A program made the position numbers and the translations under genes. The notes under the pieces are model-generated. The model worked only from the letters and a program-made list of their open reading frames with translations, made no database searches and had not been told where the DNA came from. This document shows, piece by piece, positions 56,378 through 64,000 of a stretch of DNA of 64,000 bases (position 1 is the first letter of the stretch; each line of letters begins with the position of its first letter). The stretch comes from Spirochaetia bacterium (GTDB lineage Bacteria; Spirochaetota; Spirochaetia; DSM-2461). Location of the stretch: NCBI GenBank assembly GCA_963666985.2, contig CAXXIA010000002.1, positions 1,344,001 to 1,408,000 of the forward strand, in the 5' to 3' direction.

Positions 56378-57073
56378 TTACGATTTTCCCGCTTCTTTCA
56401 GTATTTTTTCCCCGTGTTCGAGAATCTCAGACATAATTTCCGAACTCATCCGGGCATCACCCGCTTTTATCGCGTCGATCAATTTCTCATGCCGAACCGC
56501 AACACTTCGCGGATCGGGGATGGTGGAATAGAACGTCTCAATCAGCGTCTTCTGCAGCGGTTCGAATGATTTGAGAATAAGAGGATAAAGAGGATTCTTC
56601 GATGCCACGGCTACGGTATGGTGAAATGAGAAATCAAGTTCACATCGTTCTTCCCTTACCGTCGATTCACATTCTTCCCGCAGAATACGTTCCAGAAATT
56701 CGATATCGTCTTCGGTTCTCTTTTTTGCGGCCAGCGAAGCGGTTTCCACTTCTATAAGACGGCGGCTCTGTATAAGAGCATCAAGAAGATCCGGAGCGAG
56801 ATTGCCGCCGTTGTAATGCATTATCGATTCAAGAACCGACAGCGTACCTTCGGTCCGGTAATCGGTTACGATATATCCCTTGCGCGGTTTGGTTGTGATA
56901 AAACCGAGCGCCGCGAGTTCGCCAAGTCCGGCATGGACTACCGTACGGCTAATATTAAGTTCTTCAACCAGTTCGCGCTCGGCGGGCAGTCTGCCTCCGC
57001 AGACCAATTCCCCCGAAATAATCCTGCGCTCGATTTCACGGATGAATTTTTCCTTCCGACTGACTTTGCTCAC
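56378..57073 (-). CDS. GntR/FadR family regulator
   Basis: 'LPAERELVEEL.ISRTVV' wHTH plus FCD 'DFSFHHTVA.AS.NP...H..LIDAI'; GTG start with aggag RBS. Confidence 0.94.
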   Translation of the reverse strand: MSKVSRKEKFIREIERRIISGELVCGGRLPAERELVEELNISRTVVHAGLGELAALGFITTKPRKGYIVTDYRTEGTLSVLESIMHYNGGNLAPDLLDALIQSRRLIEVETASLAAKKRTEDDIEFLERILREECESTVREERCELDFSFHHTVAVASKNPLYPLILKSFEPLQKTLIETFYSTIPDPRSVAVRHEKLIDAIKAGDARMSSEIMSEILEHGEKILKEAGKS

Positions 57074-57081
57074 GCATTCTC

Positions 57082-57098
57082 CTGTGGTACTACCACAG
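57082..57098. promoter_or_regulatory. FadR-type operator
   Basis: Perfect ctgtggta-c-taccacag (TGGT-N3-ACCA core) between the -10 box and the RBS of the gntR gene. Confidence 0.82.
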
Positions 57099-57102
57099 AA
57101 TG

Positions 57103-57131
57103 ACTATAAAGCGCTTATTTCCGGTTTGCAA
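57103..57131 (-). promoter_or_regulatory. Sigma70-type promoter of the gntR-GRE operon
   Basis: Minus strand TTGCAA-17 nt-TATAGT. Confidence 0.7.
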
Positions 57132-57204
57132 GAATTATTTTTGCAAGGGATGTTCCTGCGGCCGTTCTTCCATCAATTGATAAGATCACGGCTCTTTTGT
57201 AAAA

Positions 57205-57233
57205 TAATTAATTATTATAGTGATAAAAAATTA
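57205..57233. promoter_or_regulatory. Candidate YheO-family operator (site 1)
   Basis: taattaattatt-atagt-gataaaaaatta; same 12-5-12 layout as the site at 57982. Confidence 0.5.
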
Positions 57234-57245
57234 CGAGGTGTTCCC

Positions 57246-57899
57246 GTGAATCGGTATGTTGAAAAATATAGAGATCTTGTTGACTTCCTGGCTGACTTCT
57301 TGGGAGATGATACGGAGGTGGTCCTCCATGATATGACCGATCTGGACAGCTCCGTGGTAGCCATAAGAAACGGACATATCAGCGGAAGAAAAATAGGCGC
57401 ACCCGCAACGGATTTGGTCCTGAAAATCATTAAAAGTAAAAAAGGAAGCGACCAGAATTTTCTGGCCAACTACAAAGGAACGTCAAAAAGCGGAGCCGCA
57501 TTAAAATCCGCAACATATTTTATCAGAGATGATAAAGGGCAAATCGTCGGTACGATGTGCATCAATATGAACATCGATAAATTCATGCAGTTTAAAACGC
57601 ATCTGGATAGATTCATAGGATTTGATGATGATCGGGAAAAAGCAAATCCTGTCTCCGAAAATCTCAGTCTCTCCGCCGCCGAACTTACATTGGACAGCAT
57701 CAATAAGGTTGTCCGTGCTCTGGGAATACCGCCGGCGAGGATGGATCAGAATGAAAAACTGAAAATCGTCAATGAACTGAATGAAATGGGTATTTTCCTT
57801 ATAAAGGGAGCCGTAAGTCAGGTGGCTTCGGAACTGAAAGCTTCGGAAGCCACGATATACAGATATCTCGGCAAACTGAAGAAGAATGGAATTGAATAA
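57246..57899 (+). CDS. YheO/DauR family PAS-HTH regulator
   Basis: 'EVVLHD', 'I.NGHISGR.IGAP.TD', 'LKSAT', 'G.F.IKGAV..VA..L..S..TIYRYL'; gaggtg RBS before the GTG. Confidence 0.93.
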   Translation: MNRYVEKYRDLVDFLADFLGDDTEVVLHDMTDLDSSVVAIRNGHISGRKIGAPATDLVLKIIKSKKGSDQNFLANYKGTSKSGAALKSATYFIRDDKGQIVGTMCINMNIDKFMQFKTHLDRFIGFDDDREKANPVSENLSLSAAELTLDSINKVVRALGIPPARMDQNEKLKIVNELNEMGIFLIKGAVSQVASELKASEATIYRYLGKLKKNGIE

Positions 57900-57981
57900 G
57901 AACATATCCCTCATCAGTTGATTCGGCACGGTACGGGAACCGCTGAAAGACTCAGTGCAGGATCATGCTTCAGCGTAATAA

Positions 57982-58020
57982 TAATTTTTTATTGACGTAA
58001 TAAAACATTAGCGATATAAA
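57982..58020 (+). promoter_or_regulatory. Promoter of the ridA operon with an overlapping inverted repeat (site 2)
   Basis: TTGACG(57992)-17 nt-TATAAA(58015); taattttttatt-gacgt-aataaaacatta covers the -35 box. Confidence 0.7.
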
Positions 58021-58068
58021 AATGTGTAGTGGTAATAATGAATTTACCATCAATAAGGAAAATCAAAG

Positions 58069-58449
58069 ATGAAAGAAGTTATAGCGACGAATAATGCTCC
58101 GGCGGCGATCGGCCCCTATTCTCAGGCCATAAAGGCGGGAAGTCTGATTTTTATATCGGGACAATTACCGATTGATCCGAAAACCGGTGAATTCGCGGGT
58201 AATGATATTACCTCTCAGACGGAAATGTCCCTGAAAAATGTCAAAGCCGTTCTCAATGAAGCCGGGTATGAAATGTCGGATGTAATTAAAACAACTGTTT
58301 TTCTTAAAGATATGAACACCTTTTCCGGCATGAATGAAGTGTATGCCGGTTTTTTTAACGAACCATTTCCGGGCAGAGCGGCCGTTGAGGTCGCCAGACT
58401 GCCCAAAGACGCATTGGTGGAAATCGAAGCAATCGCGTACAGGGATTAA
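58069..58449 (+). CDS. ridA: RidA family reactive enamine/imine deaminase
   Basis: '[11 protein letters not shown]', 'ISGQLP', 'KTTVFL.DM..F..MNEVY', 'P.R.AVEV..LP....VEIE'. Confidence 0.95.
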   Translation: MKEVIATNNAPAAIGPYSQAIKAGSLIFISGQLPIDPKTGEFAGNDITSQTEMSLKNVKAVLNEAGYEMSDVIKTTVFLKDMNTFSGMNEVYAGFFNEPFPGRAAVEVARLPKDALVEIEAIAYRD

Positions 58450-58471
58450 CTCCCGAATACGGAGCAGGCAG

Positions 58472-59650
58472 ATGAAATATGACTTTGATACTGTAATTTC
58501 GCGAAAAGGATCGGGGTGTATAAAGTGGGATGTTAAGGATCTCTTCGGCGTGGATTCCGATGCGGATCTTCTTCCGTTCTGGATAGCGGATCAGGATTTT
58601 CCGGTTCTTCCCGAAATCCAAGAAGCTCTGAGGAAGAGAGTTGATCATCCGATGTACGGATATACCATGCCGTCTTCCGGCAGTGTATCCGCTCTCACCC
58701 AGTGGTATTCCAGACGCCACGGCTGGGAATTTTCCCCTTCCGAGGTTATTTCGGGTATCGGAGTCGTTACGGTTCTCAGCTATGCGATCCGGGCTCTTAC
58801 GGAACCCGGCGACAAGATAGCCCTGTTCTCTCCGGTGTACGATCCTTTTTTCGCTCTTATAAAGAACGGCGGCAGAAGCCTGGTTGATGTTCCCATGGAA
58901 TACCAAGGCGGACAATATACTCCGGATCTTGAGCTCTTTGAAAAAGAGCTGGCCGCGGGAGTAAAGGCTCTGATTCTCTGCAATCCCCACAATCCGGTCG
59001 GCAAGGTCTGGACCCGAGAAGAACTGACGGATATTGCGCATCTCTGCAAGAAATATAACACCTTGATTCTCTCCGATGATGTTCATGGGGATATCGTGAT
59101 GAAGGGTCACAAATATGTCCCGATGGCGTCCGTTACGGAAGCAAGAGACCGACTTGTAACGTTTACGGCAATCAGCAAAACCTTCAATCTCGCCGGACTG
59201 GGCGCTTCGGCAACCATTGTCCAAAATCATGAACTCTTTCAAAAGCTTAACGGCGCTTTAAGAGATGTCTGGCTTTTCGGTCCCAACGTCATGGCTTTCC
59301 CCGCCATGGAGGCCGCATATACCTGCGGTGACGAATGGGTGGATGAGCTGAATGAATACCTTACGGATAATTCCCGGTACGTTTCCGAACAATGCCGAAA
59401 AGATATGCCCGATATAAAGGTTGCCGACCACCAGGGAACGTTCCTTATGTGGCTGGATATGACCTGTTTTGCTCTCTCCAGTGATGAACTCACATCAATA
59501 CTGGCCAAAGAATACGGAATTGCCCTTGGGAATGGGGCTCATTATGGGAAGCAATGTGATGGGTTTATGCGGCTGAATATGGCATGTCCCAGAGAAACAT
59601 TGGAAAAGGGTTTCGAATCGCTTAAGCGTTTCTATAAAAATCGGAGGTAA
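58472..59650 (+). CDS. MalY/PatB family PLP-dependent C-S lyase
   Basis: 'R......KWD', 'WIADQDF', 'LCNPHNPVG.VW', 'SDDVH.D', 'SKTFNLAGL', 'FMRLN.ACP'. Confidence 0.94.
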   Translation: MKYDFDTVISRKGSGCIKWDVKDLFGVDSDADLLPFWIADQDFPVLPEIQEALRKRVDHPMYGYTMPSSGSVSALTQWYSRRHGWEFSPSEVISGIGVVTVLSYAIRALTEPGDKIALFSPVYDPFFALIKNGGRSLVDVPMEYQGGQYTPDLELFEKELAAGVKALILCNPHNPVGKVWTREELTDIAHLCKKYNTLILSDDVHGDIVMKGHKYVPMASVTEARDRLVTFTAISKTFNLAGLGASATIVQNHELFQKLNGALRDVWLFGPNVMAFPAMEAAYTCGDEWVDELNEYLTDNSRYVSEQCRKDMPDIKVADHQGTFLMWLDMTCFALSSDELTSILAKEYGIALGNGAHYGKQCDGFMRLNMACPRETLEKGFESLKRFYKNRR

Positions 59651-59658
59651 TAATTAAA

Positions 59659-60978
59659 ATGGCAGAACGGGAACGGAAAACTCTGGGCTTCATCGATTGT
59701 ATGGGAATCGGTATAGGCCAGATTATCGGGTCGGGCGTGATGGTTCTTACCGGAATCGTCGTGGGATTAACGGGACATGGAACACCGCTGGCATTTATCC
59801 TTGCGGCGGTGGCGGTAATCGCAACCATGGTTCCTACGGTGGTGCTTTCATCATCAATTCCGTCGAACGGCGGCGGATACTATTATGTGAAGACTCTGAT
59901 TGGTGAAAAAATCGGCTTTGTATACCTCGGCATGTTTGTTATAACCCAGGTATTAATAGCGACATTTGCCTTGGGCTTCGCAAGCTATCTTGCCGCGATT
60001 ATTCCATCGGTAAATCAGACTCTGGCCGCCGTGGGCATACTGGCTTTGGCGACTATTATCAATATTATAGGCCTGAAAACAGCCGCTTCGGTGCAGAACA
60101 TTATGGTTGCTCTTCTGCTTGTCTCCCTTGGCCTCTTCGTCATCTTCGGTCTTCCGAAGGTTACATGGAGCGAACTCACATTTTCCTCAGCGAACTTGAT
60201 GCCCAATGGTGTAAAAAACTTTCTGGTGGGTATTGCTCTTCTTTCCTTTGCCACCGGAGGAGCCAAATTTCTTGCCGAAACAGGCGGTGAAGTTAGGAAT
60301 CCCGGGAAAACCCTTCCTCTTGCCATGATAATTTCCACCGCCTTGGTAGCCATATTCTATGCACTGATCGGTGTGGTTGCTTGCGGAGTCCTGCCCCTGG
60401 AACAGGTGGCGTTTCAGAATCTGACACTTGTAGCACAAACCATCTTCCCGCCGTGGCTGTTCTTTTTCTTCATTATCGGCGGTGCCCTCTTTGCTCTTGC
60501 AACAACTCTCAACGGAACACTGTCTTGGGTTACACGGGGACTTCAGTTATCCGCCAAGGAAGGATGGCTTCCGGAAGTGTTCGCGAAAGAAAACAAGGGA
60601 GGAGCTCCGGTACTCTTGCTCATTCTCTTCTTTGTCGTCGGGGCGCTGCCCATCGTAACGGGAATGGATACAACCATGATTGCCAGTATGGGAATCGGAC
60701 TTAATATGGTCTGTGTAATTATGGAAATCATCGCCTGCTGGAGACTTCCCAAGTTAAAACCCGCGGAATTTGAAGCCGCCGTCGTCAAACCCAAAAAGAG
60801 TGTTCTTTACGTTCTGCTTGTTCTGGCCATAGCGATTGCTTTCGGCACGTTCCTTGTGAGCCTTGCCGACCTCACATTAAAAGTTTGGCTGGCCATCATC
60901 ATATGGGTCGCTTTGGTTGGGATTTATACCTACTTCAAAGGGAAACAAAGAGATAACGCAGTTCTTGCCGGCGAATAA
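59659..60978 (+). CDS. APC family amino acid permease
   Basis: 'GIGQIIGSG', 'PSNGG.Y', 'GEVRNP.KT.P'; about 12 TM helices. Confidence 0.92.
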   Translation: MAERERKTLGFIDCMGIGIGQIIGSGVMVLTGIVVGLTGHGTPLAFILAAVAVIATMVPTVVLSSSIPSNGGGYYYVKTLIGEKIGFVYLGMFVITQVLIATFALGFASYLAAIIPSVNQTLAAVGILALATIINIIGLKTAASVQNIMVALLLVSLGLFVIFGLPKVTWSELTFSSANLMPNGVKNFLVGIALLSFATGGAKFLAETGGEVRNPGKTLPLAMIISTALVAIFYALIGVVACGVLPLEQVAFQNLTLVAQTIFPPWLFFFFIIGGALFALATTLNGTLSWVTRGLQLSAKEGWLPEVFAKENKGGAPVLLLILFFVVGALPIVTGMDTTMIASMGIGLNMVCVIMEIIACWRLPKLKPAEFEAAVVKPKKSVLYVLLVLAIAIAFGTFLVSLADLTLKVWLAIIIWVALVGIYTYFKGKQRDNAVLAGE

Positions 60979-60997
60979 ACCGGAAGAGACCTGAAAC

Positions 60998-61043
60998 AAG
61001 GGGCTGTTGAAACGTCGGGGAAGACTTTCAGCAGCCCTTTTTT
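60998..61043 (+). terminator. Intrinsic terminator
   Basis: gggctgttgaaa...tttcagcagccc followed by tttttt. Confidence 0.8.
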
Positions 61044-61197
61044 CATGAAAGATCCGGAATGAACCGCCGAATTCATAAAACGCCGCCGACACACCCGGAA
61101 CATGAGGGATTTATATGTCTTTTCCGTACATCTTCATCGGCGGTGACTGTTCATGCCGTATTGACACTATTCAAGAATCATTTCATCCGTTACCACC

Positions 61198-61656
61198 ATG
61201 AAAGCAGAAAAATACACGGGACCGCACAGTTTCAGCATGCCCTCCTGGATCGGCTGTGCTCCTTTCGAACGGCTTCTCTCCATAACCATTGTTTTCGCGG
61301 AAGAAGGAAAAGCGGTTCTGAGCATGCCCTTTTATGAACAATATGCCCAAGGCGCCGGACTGATGCACGGAGGCGCGCTGTTAAGCCTGGCCGATACGGC
61401 CGCTGTAATGGCGGTAAAAAGCCTGACGGCACCGGGAACGCATTTCGCCACAATTTCGGTAGAAAGCCGTTTTCATCATCCGGTTAAACAGGGGATTCTT
61501 TCCGCGGAAGCGGCGGCAGAGGAATGCGGGGAAAGGATGCTAAGGGGGCACTGCGATATCCTGGACGAATCGAAAAGAACGGTAATGAGTTTCGATGCCG
61601 TTTATAAAATCGCATCGGATGCGAACATCAGGAATATTTCATTCAATATCACATAA
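61198..61656 (+). CDS. PaaI family thioesterase
   Basis: 'APFERLL', 'QGAGLMHGG....LADTA'. Confidence 0.88.
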   Translation: MKAEKYTGPHSFSMPSWIGCAPFERLLSITIVFAEEGKAVLSMPFYEQYAQGAGLMHGGALLSLADTAAVMAVKSLTAPGTHFATISVESRFHHPVKQGILSAEAAAEECGERMLRGHCDILDESKRTVMSFDAVYKIASDANIRNISFNIT

Positions 61657-63066
61657 ACCGGGCATCAAATCAGGCCGCCGGCCGTTCCAAGGAGAAGCTT
61701 TCTCAAAGGCATACGAAGCCTGAAGAACCAAATCGTCCCGATGGCGGGGAGCGATAATCTGCAGCCCGACGGGAAGTCCCGAAGGCGTAAAACCCGCTGG
61801 GAGGGTTGCCGCCGGATGTCCTGAAAAATTAAAGGGATAGGTAAAGGCCACGTCTCCCAGAGGTGCCAAGCGCCGACCTTCCATCGTCTCGGGAGGAGGA
61901 GCTTCCGCGCGAAACGCCTCGCCGGGCATTGTCGGCGTCAGAAGCAAATCAAAAGTTTCGAAGATGCTTCCGATTTCGGCATTCAGCAGGGCCCGCCTTT
62001 TTTGGATAACCGTAATCTCTTCGACGGTCAACCGCCGGGCCTCATCGAGAATCCCGGAGAGGGAACGGCCGATTTGTCCGCGCTCATTTTCCGGAATCTC
62101 TTTAACTTGTGTATAAATATCCGAAGCAAAAAACACGGGCCATGCATCACCCAGTTCCGGCAGAGTGCCGGACCACAGCGTGACACCATGCCCCATCTCT
62201 TCAAAAACCCGAACGGCATTTTCCACCGAGGACAGAACTTCCTTCTGAACAACCGCGTATCCGAGATTGGGACTGAAGGCAATGTTCAGGTGTTCGGGAA
62301 GATCTTCGAGAATCTCCGCATACGATACTGTCGGCGCGGAAAGCGAATACGGATCCGCGGGATGCGATCCCGAGGCGCAGTCCAGATAAAGCGCCGCATC
62401 CCGAACACTGCGCGTTAACGGTCCGAAAGAAGTAAGGCCGCTGAACCCGGTACACGGCGAAGGACCGGCCGGGATACGGCCGAACGTGGGCTTCATTCCG
62501 AAACAGCCGCAATAAGAAGCGGGAATGCGTATGGAACCGCCGGAATCGGATCCGGTGGCAATGGGAACCAGGCCGCCGGCGACGGCCGCCGCGGAACCGC
62601 CGCTGGAGCCGCCCGAAGTCCGTTCCAAATTAAAAGGATTTCGGGTAATGCCGTACAGTCTGTTTTTCGTAAAACCGGTAAATCCGAATTCGGGAACATT
62701 GGTCTTACCCACGACAATGGCGCCGGCGGCCTTCAGCCGCGCCACCTGAACGGAATCCGCGGATGCGATATTGTTCCGATAACAAAGAGATCCGTAACTG
62801 GTCACCATACCGGCGACATCTTCCAAATCCTTTACGCCGATGGGAACTCCGGCAAGCGGACCGAAGGTTTTCCCTTTCGCCATGGCTTCGCTCATGTCGT
62901 AGGCTTCCTTCAGCGCTTCTTCCGGCCGCAAGGCCGCAAAGGCGATCAATTCCGGATTAACCGCCTCGATGTACTCAAGGGTGCCGCGCATCACTTCCAA
63001 AGGAGAAATCTCTTTTCCCGCGATAAGAGAAGCCGTTTCCCAGGCTGTTTGAAAACTCAAAGACAT
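61639..63066 (-). CDS. Amidase signature family enzyme
   Basis: 'GVPIGVKDL', 'GKTNVPEFG', 'GGSSGGS', 'GSDSGGSIRIPAS'. Confidence 0.95.
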   Translation of the reverse strand: MSLSFQTAWETASLIAGKEISPLEVMRGTLEYIEAVNPELIAFAALRPEEALKEAYDMSEAMAKGKTFGPLAGVPIGVKDLEDVAGMVTSYGSLCYRNNIASADSVQVARLKAAGAIVVGKTNVPEFGFTGFTKNRLYGITRNPFNLERTSGGSSGGSAAAVAGGLVPIATGSDSGGSIRIPASYCGCFGMKPTFGRIPAGPSPCTGFSGLTSFGPLTRSVRDAALYLDCASGSHPADPYSLSAPTVSYAEILEDLPEHLNIAFSPNLGYAVVQKEVLSSVENAVRVFEEMGHGVTLWSGTLPELGDAWPVFFASDIYTQVKEIPENERGQIGRSLSGILDEARRLTVEEITVIQKRRALLNAEIGSIFETFDLLLTPTMPGEAFRAEAPPPETMEGRRLAPLGDVAFTYPFNFSGHPAATLPAGFTPSGLPVGLQIIAPRHRDDLVLQASYAFEKASPWNGRRPDLMPGLCDIE

Positions 63067-63381
63067 AAAGGAGCATCCTCCTTTTCCCTGAGGGAATCAT
63101 TCAATCACTGAAATCCGTCAAAATCGCTTCGGCACGGCTTCGTTTCGAAAACGCACCCGTCTTTATGAGTGTACCACAGAGAATCGGTAACCGGGACAAG
63201 CCTTCAAAGCGGCGATGTTCGCCGATATCCAAACCGAAAAATAAGACGACTAAAATACGGACTCGGCAGCCGTACGCTTCTAACAACTTTCGAATCCGCC
63301 GCTTACATAAAGTTCATAAACATATAAGAAAAATTGAGGACCGTTAATAAATCCTGTCATTTTCCAACAAAGAGGTATTCC

Positions 63382-64000
63382 ATGAAACGTTTCTTACTCC
63401 TTCCGGTTGTGCTATTGGCTGTAGGATCATCGATATTTGCCGGAGGCGGCAAAGAAAGCGATGAGGCCGCCGCGGCATCGTCGGAACCCAAGAATCTCAT
63501 TATTGCGGTTCAGGATCTTCCCCAGGCGGCGATTTCCGCCATGGCCGAAAACTCCAACGTGGCCATCAGAATCGATTTCTCTGTAGAAGAAAACCTGATT
63601 CAAACCGATTATTACGACAACTATAAGCTTAAACCCGGTTTGGCCGAATCCTGGGAACTGGTTGATGAAAAAACCCTGCGATTCAAGCTGCGCAAAGGCG
63701 TCAAATTTCATAACGGCGAAAAGATGACCGCCGAAGACGTGGCCTTTACATTCGGTAAAGAACGATTGCTTTCGGAAAACGCTCCGGGCCGGGCCGTTGC
63801 CGCCTCATTTCTTTCCAACATTGAATCGGTTACCGCCATCGACGACTATACCGTTGAAATCAAAGGCAAAAACCCGGATGCCCTGTTCGTTACCCGCTTT
63901 GCCAACTTCCCTTCCCAGATTATCAGTAAAAAAGGTTACGAAGACGCCGGAAGCTGGGAAGAATTCGGCCGCAAACCCGTTGGAACGGGCCCTTACAAAG
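63382..64000 (+). CDS. Family-5 ABC substrate-binding protein (partial, runs off the window)
   Basis: gaggt RBS; MKRFLLLPVVLLAVGSSIFAGGGKE; 'PGLAESWE', 'FKLRKGVKFHNG', 'PVGTGPYK'. Confidence 0.9.
   Translation, partial: MKRFLLLPVVLLAVGSSIFAGGGKESDEAAAASSEPKNLIIAVQDLPQAAISAMAENSNVAIRIDFSVEENLIQTDYYDNYKLKPGLAESWELVDEKTLRFKLRKGVKFHNGEKMTAEDVAFTFGKERLLSENAPGRAVAASFLSNIESVTAIDDYTVEIKGKNPDALFVTRFANFPSQIISKKGYEDAGSWEEFGRKPVGTGPYK

Noticed and set aside
61639..63066. gatA assignment
   Set aside because: No gatB/gatC adjacent, and the motifs fit a generic amidase-signature enzyme.
63067..63381. Riboswitch or ncRNA in the amidase-SBP divergent region; taccacag match to the FadR operator
   Set aside because: No recognisable aptamer or tRNA fold. 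Only a half-site is present, and it also reads as an extended -10 (TGgTACACT) on the minus strand.

Overview
Bacterial chromosomal window, most consistent with a Spirochaetia member (inferred from the Cys-less 'FA-x-G-x-x-[DE]' signal motif of the solute-binding proteins and the overall gene content). It holds: an RpiR-linked Ugp-like ABC operon; a CGNR regulator/ABM pair; a large cNMP-domain protein; an AT-richer block with an OmpA/cadherin-like/beta-barrel protein, an InlB-repeat/LamG lipoprotein, a two-component system, a DUF5058-type pair with an M20 amidohydrolase, PucR, MFS and AKR genes; a complete trpE-GD-CF-B-A operon; an ArsR/split-permease unit; a dpp operon with a frameshifted dppA; a ycjNOP-like ABC system with its two-component system; an orphan TRAP DctQM; a sulfatase; an uncharacterised glycyl-radical-enzyme operon; a YheO-RidA-PatB-APC module; an amidase; and a partial family-5 SBP. 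No rRNA, tRNA, CRISPR or transposase was seen. The most unusual signal is that the abnormally long intra-operon spacers (all three trp spacers, rpiR-SBP, and partly SBP-permease) are tiled by micro-ORFs joined by stop/start overlaps. These run from the upstream stop to the downstream start, and one encodes a two-Trp peptide upstream of trpB. Several proteins also carry long in-frame low-complexity inserts. All family calls come from motif recognition only; no database searches were run.
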